Positions 51,201 through 63,556 of a stretch of 64,000 nucleotides of DNA are shown here, piece after piece. The stretch comes from Haliotis cracherodii. Its lineage: Eukaryota. The stretch spans positions 19,902,001-19,966,000 of the forward strand of contig NW_027266275.1 in the NCBI RefSeq assembly GCF_022045235.1, given 5' to 3'. Made by a program: the position numbers and the translations under genes. The notes below the pieces were generated by a model that ran no database searches, had not been told where the DNA came from, and saw only the letters and a program-made list of their open reading frames with translations. Each line of letters opens with the position of its first letter. Position 1 is the first letter of the stretch.

Positions 51201-54045
51201 TGGCCGCGGCGATGTAGGTTGGGAACGGCCTCTAAATGATGTGTGATCAAGTCCATACATCCCGGAACTTGTCATGTATAAGCACCAGGGCTCCTCTGAT
51301 GTGAGCTTCTTCTGATGGTTTCGCGTGGGCCACGGACATTGCTACCGCCTCAGTAACCAACAGTATGGTAGATACCAGTGCGCCAGATGGTTCCCAGTCT
51401 TCGATGATAGAAGTGTTGGACGAGTGCTTAGGATTAAGAATCACAATATCCCTGTCTAGCTCTGTATATGTAGCAATGGAGTATATCAGTCTCTGTAATG
51501 GTGGTTGGGTCGACTGCCCGGTGCACTGATGGAAGAGCGCAGTCAAGGACAGTAGAAGCAATTCAAAGTCTGAGGTCGATAGGGCAGGCTAATCTCAATG
51601 ATCCCACAAAGTGATTAAGGGCAGAGTTCATGACAGGAGGTCAAGGTGCAGGAGCAGGTGACAGAGAATCCAATCAACTGCGGAAGTGATGGTCCAGATG
51701 CTTCACCCTGGGAGGTAGAATGAGGGTGAGAAGAGGGTCAATGTCAATCCAACTGAAGATGTCAATCCTGATGTCATTCTTGTGGTGGTGTATAGCAATA
51801 ATATTCTGACATCTACCTGTAGTCTGGGTAAAAGGGGTAATGATGATCCCCGTAACAACTAGGCAAAGCTTTAAGGGATAATAGAGCATGTGTTGATATT
51901 GATCTGAGGGAGAGGGGTGTCGACCCCAGCCTTGATCTCTGTAAGCATGGTAAGTACTTTTGCCCCAGGAGGAATGTTGATTAGGGCGACGTTGAGGGCC
52001 GGAAGATCGTGTATGGTGGTTGGCAGAACTAGAAAAGACCATGCTCTTAGTTGCAGAGTTCATCCGCTGAGTGATGACGATCAGTAGAGTCAGAGTAATC
52101 ATCATTGTGAGACGTCGATCACTCTGTGACTTCCTTTTCATGGAATGAAGTCGATCTGCTGACAGTCGATTCCCAGAAATTCAATCTGAAGAATGTCGAT
52201 CCTTAGAACATTGATCTCTGCAATGTTGACCCTTGAATGTCGATCATACGAATGTCAACCCTTGTGTCACTTCTCTGGCTGTCAATCCCTTGATTGTCTC
52301 TCCTTGGATCAGCAATTATTCCCATGTCGATATTTTGAGCGGCAAAGTTGGTCTTCTTCCTTTCTTCGTAGGTGACGAGTAGATCGTGTGTCAAGTGTCA
52401 ATACCAGACCGGGGTGATAGTACCGGCAGAACCTGTAGAGAGGCTGTAAAATATGACAGGACGACTTCCTCAGGTAAAACTGTGATATCCCATGGAGGTG
52501 AATATAGGCAACTTTCAGCTGAGGGTTGAAGAATGCCATAGGGGTTAGAAGCCTTACTCAATACTGTAGACGGGTCCATGTTGTCTATAGCCAAAACAGT
52601 GTGTTTGTCCAATATAGGTAACAGGGAACTTTGCGGTGCACTTTTACTTGATAAAGGTATGTTTTTTTTAAGGAATTTCTTTATGAAGAAAACTGTCGGA
52701 GACCACATTATCTTCAACCAAGGAGATGTGATGGTAGTCTTCGGCAGTTGCTTGACAGTTGACTTGACAAAGGAAAGGACAGTTGCTTTAGCAGTGACAC
52801 GTCAAAGCTTCTTTTATCGATGGAATGTCTCTGGCATTTATGCAAGTAATTAGGAAGAGCTTCTTCTGAGAACAATAGGAACATCGGTGACCAGGTTTAC
52901 TCCACGACAGTCACAGCAAAGTTTATGTGGATTGCAAGATGAAAAGACGAGACACTTCATGCAAGCTGGGCACTTATACTGATCTGTTCCCATGGTATAA
53001 AAAAAAAATCTATTCTCTACTAAACGTCTCCACAGTGGCGATGAAAAAGAGAATGATGTGGCATAGGGTGTCAGGTGATCCCAAGACATACATATGTACG
53101 CCTTTGGGTGATCAAACTACTTAGGTCACTGCGCATGGGATTGTAGTGAGTGACCCATTTGTTTGGATGGTGAATATGATTATGCGAGGGGTGTTCCGGC
53201 AAAATATTTTTAGAAGCTGGAAACTTTGTTTTAGGATGTTTCCACTCAAGGATTGAAAGAAGAAGGAAGAAATGCATATTGTGAGATAGGATAAGTTCAA
53301 AAAGTATTATTTTTCAAAAGAAAAACATTTTTTTTATCGCGTTTATGAGCAAGTAAGTGATAATAATTGCATCATTGTAAAACTGAAGATGATCCTAAAA
53401 GGGTGAAAAAGCTACAATAGTCATCTTTTAATGTATAAATGGAAATGGACTTTCAATGAGCTATTAATCAATGTCAATGTCATGCTAGTGTGATTCCTGT
53501 ATCATGACAATGTGCCTCGCTGCACTCAGAAATTTGAGTAAACTGCTCCCTTTTATCATCCCCCATCGTTTATATGTGGTCATTGACAGCATTTTCTCAA
53601 AGCATGCACACACAGTATTTGACAAACATGTTTTGCTATTATGCCTCAAATTCACGCCTAATTTTAAATGTTAGACACTGTTAGACACATGTTAGACCTT
53701 GGCTTTGGGTAGCCGAGAGCCGCGATGGGGTCCAACTTTCAGGACATGGCCCTACATCGGACCGCTTCGCGGCTCTCCGCTAACCTTGGCCGATCATGTT
53801 TGGCTGAATAGCTGAAGAGTGACATGAACAGAAGAGGATAAGAAGAGAGCGAGTCTGAACTACAGCACCGATTATTCAAGTTTTTGCCTTAGTCGTCAAG
53901 CGTACCATGACAGGGCACATTCACGATATATGTGCACACAAGCTGTCACTGTAATTCAACAAACAAACTTTTATTGTTAGGAAAATTACCTCAAAATTGA
54001 TTTCTGCGCTTTCTGAAGCTGACGAAAAAGTCTCCTCGACGCCAT
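43540..54045 (-). CDS. NFU1: NFU1 iron-sulfur cluster scaffold homolog, mitochondrial (about 267 aa, 8 coding exons)
   Basis: Exons 54045-53990, 50150-50035, 48856-48721, 48021-47955, 47097-46983, 45530(or 45527)-45427, 44759-44625, 43614-43540; GT-AG and phase-consistent, 804 nt. Basic presequence [15 protein letters not shown]; [19 protein letters not shown]; [19 protein letters not shown]; NifU C-terminal CxxC motif in [30 protein letters not shown]. Confidence 0.97.
44808..44860. repeat. 12-bp tandem repeat (TATACACCACYG) x4
   Basis: Visible just upstream of the NFU1 exon 7 acceptor. Confidence 0.9.
44962..45160. repeat. (GA)n and GA-rich microsatellite complex
   Basis: Direct inspection. 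Other microsatellites: (CA)n 37593-37622 and 63331-63394; (TG)n 48259-48303; (GCGT)n 39192-39232. Confidence 0.95.
45783..46731 (-). mobile_element. Internally deleted DIRS-like element with inverted terminal repeats, NFU1 intron 5
   Basis: About 150-bp imperfect ITRs (TATCCTATCAAAAACTATGCATTTCTTCCTTCTTCTTTCAATC... / ...GATCGAAAGAAGAAGAAAGAAATGCATAGTTTGAGACAGGATA); RNase H-like GRWS...INNFELKAV...W...SNN....YIKQDG. Confidence 0.75.
47316..47587 (-). mobile_element. SINE family 4 (tRNA-Leu-like head)
   Basis: 12-bp TSD GCATGTCTAGTA at 47304-47315 and 47588-47599; B box GGTTCGAATCC; (ACTC)n tail. Confidence 0.85.
50935..53295 (-). mobile_element. Truncated DIRS-like element (gag region plus one terminal repeat), NFU1 intron 1
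   Basis: 53120-53295 matches the terminal repeat at 46560-46731; minus-strand Cys-rich CPAC...[10 protein letters not shown] followed by degraded Ser/Arg-rich coding remnants. Confidence 0.65.
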
Positions 54046-54301
54046 TTTGTAGGACCGCGTTAACGGAAATATAATACGCAATATCCTATAAACAATTCTT
54101 ATTGTATGTCAGACCATAACACGTGATATTAACAGACATTGAAATTATGTTAAATAAATAATAGCGTGCGTGATATTTTACTGGAAAGATACAATTCACG
54201 ACAACAAACCGGAAGTTGTCAGTTCATTAAGTGCGAGTCTGACAAGCTTCCTTAGAAACTAGAGCTGCCTGCTGTTTTAGGTTGTAAAGTGAAAAACGTT
54301 T
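54037..54301. promoter_or_regulatory. Bidirectional promoter shared by NFU1 and the C10orf53 homolog
   Basis: Head-to-head genes with about 250 bp between the NFU1 ATG and the C10orf53 first donor. YY1-type CGCCATTTT over the NFU1 ATG; E-box CACGTG 54120-54125; ETS site ACCGGAAGT 54208-54216; X-box-like GCTTCCTTAGAAAC 54246-54259. Confidence 0.7.
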
Positions 54302-54457
54302 GTGAGTATTGTTTTATATATTTATTTCAATGTGTTATATGTTTGTTGATGACGTGAAAAGAAAGGCAAAATAGTGTGAGGTAGAATAAGTATATAAATG
54401 TAAATTTAATGTAAAATTTTCAATTTCATATTTTTATTCCTATGTTATTTTCAGAAA

Positions 54458-57400
54458 ATGCCAGCCCATGCCAAAGTGTTTATTCATTATGGCCCTTACG
54501 AGGCCTGTGGGATAGTTGACCACAAAGAATCTAGACTGGAAGGTCTACGTAGTGAGTATCCTAGATTCACCATTGTTTCATTATATCACCAAATGTGTCG
54601 TTTCAGTCAGTGGATGAGTAAATGAAAGTTGTTTTACTTTTACCATATCACAGAACTGTTTCCAGCAACACAACAGCTGTCTTAGCCTGGACCACACAAT
54701 GTAGTGTACAGTGACACTGCTCTACAGCTGTACTAACATCATTCCAGTGTTCTGTAGGAAATCTGAGGCCTATCTTTAGAATACAGTACCACAAACTTTT
54801 CAAACACGTGACAATACCCTATGACGTAATTTGTCGTATTTTGCTGCAACTCACACCGGTGAAACAATGCCCTGTGACATCAGGGGTCATCGAGTGTGCA
54901 TAAGCTCCTCTACACACAATGTCATTGAATACGTCCAGCAGTGTTGAGAGTTTTGAATATTTGTTTACTAAATATTGCCTGCGGCGGTACATTTTATAGC
55001 AAGCGCTAGACTCTAGTTTACGAAAGCACTTTTATTTTTTACATGTTTTTTATTTTGTTTTTCTCATATTTCAAGTGGCTAAAATGGTTATAAATGGTAA
55101 CTAATATTCATATATTATTTTTTCCGTTCATTAATTTTCATTATTATGCACAAGAATGCAGTTTATAAGGGATATTATATTGGCGCTGAACACATCCAAA
55201 TGTCGCCAGTGTTAGGGTAGGTTACCCCAAACTCTATCCTTAGCCCTTGGATCCCCTTTACAATCAATCACCCCTTAAAAATCATTAGGGTTAGGTACCC
55301 GTTCAGTGGCTATTAGATTACACAAACTCTATCCTTAGCCCTTGGCTCCCCTTTAGGATCAATCATCCCTTTACGATCATTTGGGTTAGGTACCCGTTTA
55401 GTGGCTATTATAGATTCTATAGCAGCTCCTAATATTCTTGACACAAAAACATCGAGGATGAAATGGTTTTGTGTCGAATATTTTGGCTACTGGAAACTGT
55501 CCTGGAACATTCACAAAAGCCACTTTCACCTGCTACATTTTTTCAGTACTGATTCAAAAGCAAACTCTCTGTTGTGTGGTCACTAGCCATGCTCATGCCT
55601 CCCTCGTTCCTTACTATCATCCACATCATCCTTACAGTGTTCCCTACCACACTTTTCTGTCACAAAATCCACCCGACTAATTATTAAATACCATGTCATT
55701 CATGCATACTCGCGAGTTCAACGACTGACGCCTGGAGCCGTTTTCAGTTCGCGCCATATCGGTGTCTTGTAGATTAGGGAATGGGACGAGTGTGCCAAAT
55801 GGGGATCATTTGTAAGTGTCCAAAGACTAAAGTCACGAGACACCATGCCTACCCGTAACCTTCGTAAGTGTCCATCACCTATTCCACCCTTTTCGTTCAG
55901 TTTCGTAACTTTGAAGGCACGGCTAGGTAAATTTGCACTTTGTTTCACAGTGTGGACGTAGCTCAGTCGGTTAGCTGTCAGGCTTACAATCCGAAGGTCG
56001 TGAGTTCACGTCTGACGGATTCTCACAAAAACTGGTTGCTTGTCTTTGAGACATGTGACCTACGGCAGAGATCGTCCTCACAAGAAGTTGTGGTACTGTA
56101 TTCTAAAGGTGCTCCTTGAAAATGTTTTTGCCTTTTTTTTATAATTTTTTTTTTACAAATACATCTTTACACTGTGGGGATATTGTTCACATATACACTT
56201 TGAGGATACTGTTTATGTATATACTGTGGGGGTATTGTTTATATAGATACTGTGGCACCATTGAAATCAGAATGTGTGTCTGTCCATAATCATTTACTGG
56301 TCAGGTCCATACCCACCCAATTACCTATAGCTTGGTTGTGTTCCCTGAAATAGAGATATATTTAACAAGTCTCAATCAAGTTAATAGAAACAAAATAATT
56401 TGATGATTATTTTAAGATAAAACTGTTTATGCTTTTTTAATAATATTTTTAGAGACTTTTGCAAGTCTAACTGACACAATACGTCCTATTGTGACCCCTG
56501 ACTCCCATTATTGTCAACCGCAAGCAGGGTACAGAGGTCTACTTTACTCCCCAGTTACTGGATCAGTTTCCTGTCATCAACTTCACGTTATGTTCACTAC
56601 ATGTTTCAGCTGTATTGAGAAATGATGGACACAGCAGTGAAATGGTCCAGATAGATGACCGCAACACAGTGAACATTTTTGTAAATGGAGAACAAGTTTA
56701 CAAATGTGACATCCGAGATTTGGACTATGGTAAGTCTCCTCCTGCAGTCCCTGATGGATGCTACAGCATCAATGTTTTTAAATTCAGTAACACATTTTGC
56801 CAAATGATACTGCAAAATATCTTTTAGAATTGCAAAATTATTCTTGATGCTATAAGACAGTTTTCTATTCAAAACAGGAAAGAAAAATGGTTTTGTTGAA
56901 AATGCATGTGTTTCAGTGTTTTGAAACCTTGGTATAAAGTCAGAATTGCCATCTGTAAACATTGAACAAGTCATAATCAGAGTATATGGTCTCTGTCATA
57001 AAATATCATGACCATGCAAAATGTACATCCATCTTTAGCCTGTTTAGTTCCAGAATTTTACTTTTATAAATTCTGGTCAATATGTCATAACCTACTGACT
57101 ATCTGATGTCATGTTATCTTTGGAGTTTACATGTAAAATGTAACCATGTGCAACCCTGTACCAAAGCACAACAACAACAAAATATTCTTAAAAACTAATA
57201 TATCCAAAACATGAATGTAGGTTACAATAAAGTCAGTGTTGTGCATGTTTTGATTCTCTGAGAGGATAAGATTCTTTTGGTTATAATGCCCACTAATATT
57301 TGTACTTTATTAATAAGTCAATTTTAAATCTTTATTTCATCCAAACAGTGAAGGGGTATTCATCTCTTACTGAAAGACAGTGTTGTTTCCATACTTCATG

Positions 57401-57753
57401 TTTGACTGACTGATCTAATGGCAAGTAATTACTGTGCAGAGTTACATCCCCTTGGCCAGGATCAACTGGTCTTAGTTTCAATCCAAGATTATTCCCTGAT
57501 TGTGAACCTTGATATGTCTACATATGCCCTGTCAGTGGTTTATGACAAAGTGGTAAACATCTATGATCTGTGTCTCTTTCAGATTTTCTTATATTAATGT
57601 TAGACTATGTTAGGACTGAAAATGTTTAAAGCATTGTTAATTCAGTTTCCCTCACTCATGCTTACTATGTAATTATCTCTGCATCCAGGTGGAGATGGAG
57701 GATTGGATGTCTTGTGCAAGGAGGCCCTAGCAGCTGTTAGAAGGGCTTTCTGA
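54458..57753 (+). CDS. C10orf53: UPF0728 protein, C10orf53 homolog (92 aa, 3 coding exons)
   Basis: Exons 54458-54551, 56610-56729, 57689-57753 (279 nt). Protein: MPAHAKVFIHYGPYEACGIVDHKESRLEGLRTVLRNDGHSSEMVQIDDRNTVNIFVNGEQVYKCDIRDLDYGGDGGLDVLCKEALAAVRRAF*. Matches the family pattern YGPY...RLxGL..VL..DGH...VNGE...C.I.DL.FGGDG.LD.LC. Acceptor at 54453-54454 and donor at 54302 imply a non-coding first exon. Confidence 0.93.
55205..55410. repeat. Local direct duplication of about 95 bp
   Basis: CAAACTCTATCCTTAGCCCTTGG...GGTTAGGTACCCGTT(C/T)AGTGGCTATTA occurs twice. Confidence 0.85.
55952..56060 (+). other. Degenerate tRNA-derived fragment (old SINE head or tRNA pseudogene)
   Basis: GTAGCTCAGTCGGTTAG ... 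GGTCGTGAGTTCA; T-arm and acceptor stem do not close. Confidence 0.55.
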
Positions 57754-60079
57754 ACCCCATACATCACATAGGGGTGGAGGCTGGGAGCTGGAACAGCCTG
57801 AAAAGAGGGGGTCGGGGGTCGGGGTCAGGGGTGTATTGTAACTTGTTTGCCAGGCATCTGTCATGCAGCTTGATGTATCTAAAGTTTATTTTCTCTCACC
57901 ACATCAGCTTATTGTTCTTTGTCCTTTTGTAAGGGTGACCTGTCAATACTGATCAGAATATTGCAATCTCTCTGAAAAGTGAGACCACTTTGGAAGCCAT
58001 TTTATTTTTTTTAAGTGTAAGTTAGTTAGTTCGTTAATATTCATTTATGTTGGAGTGTGTTTTTATCAACCTCAGGAACACTTCCAAAACGTTCTCTTTA
58101 TTGCTATGAGACACATATGTGTTTCCTTATAATTCCACATTTGTGCAATACAACTCAACAAGATTCAGATTAGTTTTTTTTTCAGATGAAATTAGTGCCA
58201 ATACTAAATTTGAAACTTTAATGCCTAATTACTTTGAAAAACCTCTTCAAATTCAATCCGTTGATAAATTTGAAATTATGTGTAGTGAAAATCTGATGAA
58301 TGCAGATCCAAATGGTTGAATGTTCAGAAACACTTTGTTTGAGCAGATAATCGAGACTGATTGTTCTATTGTGTTGATGTTTTATATTAATTTTGTTTAC
58401 TTGTGTTTGTTTGGAAACATTTGACAATGTTTATTCTGTGCTATAGAAGGATTACTTTAACTAGACGTCATACATATTGTTTAGCATAATTTTCCATTGT
58501 TCATAATTTCTTGCTTTATGCCAATGCTTTGCCACACTCTGTTGATGTCATATAAACAAATCATTGAATAATTTCATAACGATACAAAAATGACAATTGA
58601 CGGTTTCTACTTTTGTCTTGTCCATGTTCTATAAATAAAAACAGCATTACTAGGAATCCCGTTTTTAAAATACCACATTGATACTGTACATTGAACAGCA
58701 ATAAAATAATTTAACATTTTACGGGAGCTTCGTGGACGTGTTGTGAACAATACGCGTTGGTGAGTGTATGTCGTTTTATGCCGCAGGCACCAATGTTGGA
58801 GCTATATCACGCGGAGGCACTAGTGGTTGAAAGCACGTTAAACGATTTACGTCTTCAGAGTACGATGGCAGTTCATATATTGGGACCATTCTATGCTTTT
58901 GTGAAACAAGTTGGGTGTATTTGGGACTCATTCTGGCCAGGACTCCTCAAGCTTGACTAGGAGCTGAGACAAGTTTTCCATTAAGCATAAATAGCCTTTT
59001 CACAGAATAACAACTATGACCTTGTGATTTGAATAAACACCACATGGGGAGGATTTACACCTTTCTTGGATAGCAAGACCCTCTTTTGGTCTTTTGGCAA
59101 GGCTCTCAGCTGACTAACTTCTGTTTTCATTTCGTATTTATTTTGCTGACAGAATAACAGATTACGCACGTCTTTAGCATGAAAGGAACACTCGTGGCCT
59201 ATTATTGATCACATTTACAACGACACGTACTTTAACATATTAACCCCAGGAACTTTGCAAAATCGAAACTGCCTCCTATGTTTAAGTACCCAGCCCTTTG
59301 AGTGCATGGCCAGATTCTACTTTATTCAACGCATAAACACTCGCCGTATGCACGTTACATGAGCTACTGTACGTACAGGCCTATGAGAAACACCACCTTA
59401 CCTGAAGTTGGCAAAAGGAATGATTCATGAACTCGTGTCTAAGGGCATGAAGTGTCTACGGTGATTACCTTCGCCGACAAACGCTTCGAAATTTATTTAA
59501 GGAGACGCACTTTGGAAAAAGTTTCATATGTCAAAGCTGGTTATATTGTAGATCGATTTCTGCGGTGTGGACTGCATGTTGTTCACGAAGTAGTTAGGTA
59601 TATATCTTTATTTATCCGTCCTGAAACTTATTGATCTGATCACACAAACCGGTGGGCGATAGCATGATCACAACCAACGAGTCTGCTGCGAACCAACTGG
59701 CTGGTGTTATTATATGGTAGTTTTCATGTCAATTCCCATATCAACCCGAGGACTTCATATCAGCCCGGCGGCTTTTTATCATATACCATAACATCAAATT
59801 GTAAAATGTATCCATTCACAAACATCTCACATTCCTGTATGTCCGTAAAAACATGTTCATCTTGTTTGGAAGACATTGTCACGGGAAACCTAGCCTTGCA
59901 GACGACGCATCAAGGGACGTAACTCTAGTGTCTTGCCACCCGGCCTGAAATCGATCGCCAAATCAAATGCACTGACTGAGTAATATCAGCCTGGCATATT
60001 ACGTCATATGTGTGGTTGGAAGAGGGTTTGGCATCAGTTCACTATTTAACGGGGAACTCATCATAAGAGATAGACATCA

Positions 60080-60610
60080 TTTTAAGAGATAGACCGATCG
60101 ATAACAGATTTGTGCACATGTGTATTGTCCTGGTGGAACAACACACCTTCAGTGAAGTTTCCTTGATATTCTTACGCACTCCCCTTAGCAGATTAGCATG
60201 ACATTGGCCATTAATGATCTGACCTTTCGGGAAGTAGACAACCAGTAGGATTCCTTTGGAATTCCAGAAATCCAATGATGGAACAGACTTCACCTTCTTC
60301 GGAGTAGGAGAAGTTAGATGTTTCCACTGCTTTGACTGTTTTTTAGTCTCTGGTTGATAGTGGTGAACCCAAGACCAATACCCATGGTTACAAGTCGCTC
60401 AACAAAACCAGCGGTGTCTGCTTCAAAACGACGTAAACTCTGGCGAGATGGTTGACCTCGAGCGTTTCTGATCATGAGGGTCAGCAGCCTTGAAACCCCG
60501 TTTTCATCTCTCTCATGACATATGACTACTGTATTGGTTGTGGGACGTGTGCTAAGTCCCCCGCCATCCACATCTATCTTCCCCTCTTGAACTCCGCTTC
60601 CCACCTATAA
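60080..60610 (-). mobile_element. Decayed mariner-type transposase fragment
   Basis: FVERLVT, FWNSKGILLVVYFPKGQIINGQCHANLL. Confidence 0.7.
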
Positions 60611-60629
60611 CTGTCAAAGGAGGGAGCCA

Positions 60630-60875
60630 GAGTAGACACAATTTATGGATAACAACTTCTTTATTTGCTGTAAAGGTGACGTTTCTCTATAGATTCTTAT
60701 ATCGTTGTCAAGCAAGACACAATTTATGCATAACAACTTCTTTTTTTGCTTAAAGGTGACGTTTCTCTATAGATTCTTATATCGTTGTCAAGCAAGACAC
60801 AATTTACGGATAACAACTTCTTTATTTACTGTAAAGGTGACGTTTCGGTATAGATCAAGATACCGCTGTCAAGCA
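60630..60875. repeat. Tandem repeat, 3 x about 82 bp
   Basis: AGACACAATTTATGGATAACAACTTC...AAAGGTGACGTTTC...CGTTGTCAAGCA occurs three times. Confidence 0.9.
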
Positions 60876-61473
60876 AGCGTTGTTACCCTTAAAGTGTGTC
60901 TACTTTGTCGTCCCTCATTTTCTAAGTAATACCAATCAAACAATTCAAAGGAAGGAGCATCATACCCTAAAGTTGACACCGTGTCCGCTGGATGGCTATC
61001 GGGGTTGGCCCTTTCAGTGGGAGATATTTCAAGTCTTGATGACAGCGCGGTGGTCAATTTCGACCATTTTCATCAAGTCACTTTTATGCCTGAAGAAATA
61101 TGCTGACTGGTTGTATATTTGGTTAAAATGCTGCCTTTTAGCATGGACTGTATTGTACTTACATGCAAACTGTTGAGGATGTACTATACATTAGAACTTT
61201 TCAGCCAACCCCCGTAAAGTCAACCAAACGAAGTAACATAAAACCACATGTGACACAATGAAAAATGGATGACGTCATGTTCACGGTTGACGTTACTGAC
61301 AATGCGTCGATATGGGCGACTTTCCACAATATAACTTACATGAACTAGCCAATCACCTTGAAGCAAAAATCACAATTCTAAGTCAGTGTCCTTATGGATT
61401 TTATTTAGAAAAAAAACTAACGAGCACAGAGGAATTACAGCCTGCGTCCGATTTCGAAACCCGGACGACCCAG

Positions 61474-61635
61474 GTGAGTGAGTATGATTTTACGCCGCTT
61501 TTAAGCGATATTCCCGCAATATCACGGCGGAGACACCAGAAATGGGCTTCACACTTTGTACCCATGTGGGGAATCGAACCCGGGTCTTCGGCATGACAAG
61601 CGAACGATTTAACCACTCGGATACCCCACCGCCCC
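61474..61635 (-). mobile_element. tRNA-derived SINE family 1
   Basis: Reverse complement of the family 1 consensus. Confidence 0.88.
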
Positions 61636-62599
61636 TCAGTACCCCAGGGCTTCAGTAGGTATGCAACTTACGTCAACCGAAGTATGACGTAAATGAGTTA
61701 ACATCTGGTCTTTGGTCAAGCAAGGTTATGCCTTCGTCAACATGGGTTCACCTGCGTCGTCTCGGGGGCGGTGGGGTATCATTAATATATTCATTTTGCG
61801 TGTATTTTATGTGTGATTTCAAGGGTTTGTTTGTTTGTTTGTTTGTTTTTACGCCGTACGCAGCAATATGTGACGGCGGTCTGTATATAATCGAGTCTGA
61901 ACCAGACAATCCAGTGACAGACATCATGAGAATGAATCTACGGAATTGGGATACAATGCCATGCATCAACAAAGTCAGTGAGCCTGTCCACCCGATCCCC
62001 TTAGTCGCCCCTTTAGACAATCATGGTTTGTTGAAGACAATTCTAACCCGGATCTTCACGGGTACGGGCAGGGATGATTCGTATTGACCTTATTAATGTT
62101 TATTTTTTTAAATAGGTGATATCCTAAAACAAAACAAGTCTAAATTTCACACCATCTAATATTTCGATAAGGATATTGATAAATGTAAGCATATATGTTC
62201 TATATCTTCTAACTTCGGCTAGTAATCACTTCGGTGTTTCTCTGAAATATAAAAATATCCCTTTCATAAGTTGGGTAGTATACAAACGACGAAACCGACG
62301 TAACTCGGCTTTAGTGGGTTCAGTATTAGGCCGTTTTCAGAATGATTTTCTCCTTAGTCTTTTGTCTCAGCGGACTCAGTCATGTGTCTGTCCTAATGCT
62401 TTATCAATAGTAGGCCGCCAATGGAACATGGCAGGTGACAAGTGCTTAATAAACACTCTTAGAATCTTTGCACAACAATCCGTTAAACCCGTCCAAATAA
62501 CCATCCACAATGGAAGCCGTTTGTCCCCATAACGTGCATGCGCGTTAGCGGGGGTGCTAATCGACAGGCTGTTTAGTTCTATGGGTAGCAATGTGTTTT

Positions 62600-62880
62600 C
62601 CAGTGCAGGATCGCTCTGTTATATACATATCCCGTCACGGGCGCGGCTTTGACGATATAAGCGACGGAGAGAATAGCAACAGACGTCGTACCTAAGTCGC
62701 CATATCTATTATCGCGACATTGTGGTATTGACGGATTGAACGGCCTGACCGTGTTGTCACGTGACAACGGTATGGCGTTGAGCGCTGAATCGGTCTTGAG
62801 TATTACACAGTTTAAGCCCTGGCATACACCAAGAGGATATTCAGGTGCCCCACACCGTCGTCAGGCTGGAAGAGGTAAGT
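62600..62880 (+). promoter_or_regulatory. Probable promoter and first exon of a further gene continuing beyond the window
   Basis: CpG-rich unique sequence; 16-bp palindrome GTTGTCACGTGACAAC at 62753-62768; consensus donor GAG|GTAAGT at 62874/62875. No downstream exon recognised. Confidence 0.5.
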
Positions 62881-63326
62881 GTTTTGTTATTACTTGTGTT
62901 ATGAATATGTTTTGTTTTTACGAATGTATATGCTCACCCCGATATGAGCCTGTATGTTCTCGAGAGTGTTAGATTCATGAAGTAAAAAAATCATTGAAGT
63001 GTTCAGCAAACTTGTAACGCCCGTCCATTTAACTGTTTGATTTATATCTACCAAGTGAATAGCATGAAATGTTGAATGTGATTTCTGATTAACTTTATAA
63101 CTCGTTTTCCCTCTGACTCAATCCATTGCAATCTTCCCTGATTTTTCTCCTTTCACCGACCCCCACCCCCCTCCCAACTCACCCAACCTCCTCTCATTCA
63201 TATATACTCCTCTCCTTTATTAATTCCATCCTCGTTACTCGCACTCATATTCTGTTACTCATTTTTTATAATTGGTAAGTCTTTTCTCCGAAAAAAACTC
63301 CTGTTACATTGAGTAAATCTCGCACG

Positions 63327-63394
<68 letters not shown>

Positions 63395-63396
<2 letters not shown>

Positions 63397-63556
63397 GGCG
63401 GTCGGGTAGCCTAGTGGTTAAAGCGTTCGCTCGTCACGCCGAAGACCCGGGTTCGATTCCCGACATGGGTACAATGTGTGAAGCCCATTTCTGGTGTCCC
63501 CCGTCGTGATATTGCTGGAATATTGCTAAAAGCGGCGCAAAACCATACTCACTCAC
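63395..63556 (+). mobile_element. tRNA-derived SINE family 1 inserted in a (CA)n tract
   Basis: Family 1 consensus directly after the (CA)n at 63331-63394. Confidence 0.9.

Noticed and set aside
51247-52717. Several 100-155 aa minus-strand ORFs as a gene nested in NFU1 intron 1
   Set aside because: No consistent splice pattern; they lie inside a DIRS-like remnant bounded by its terminal repeat.
60630-60875. Regularly repeated units (also 25245-25337 and 35013-35143) as a CRISPR-like array
   Set aside because: Head-to-tail repeats without unique spacers, eukaryotic context, no cas genes.
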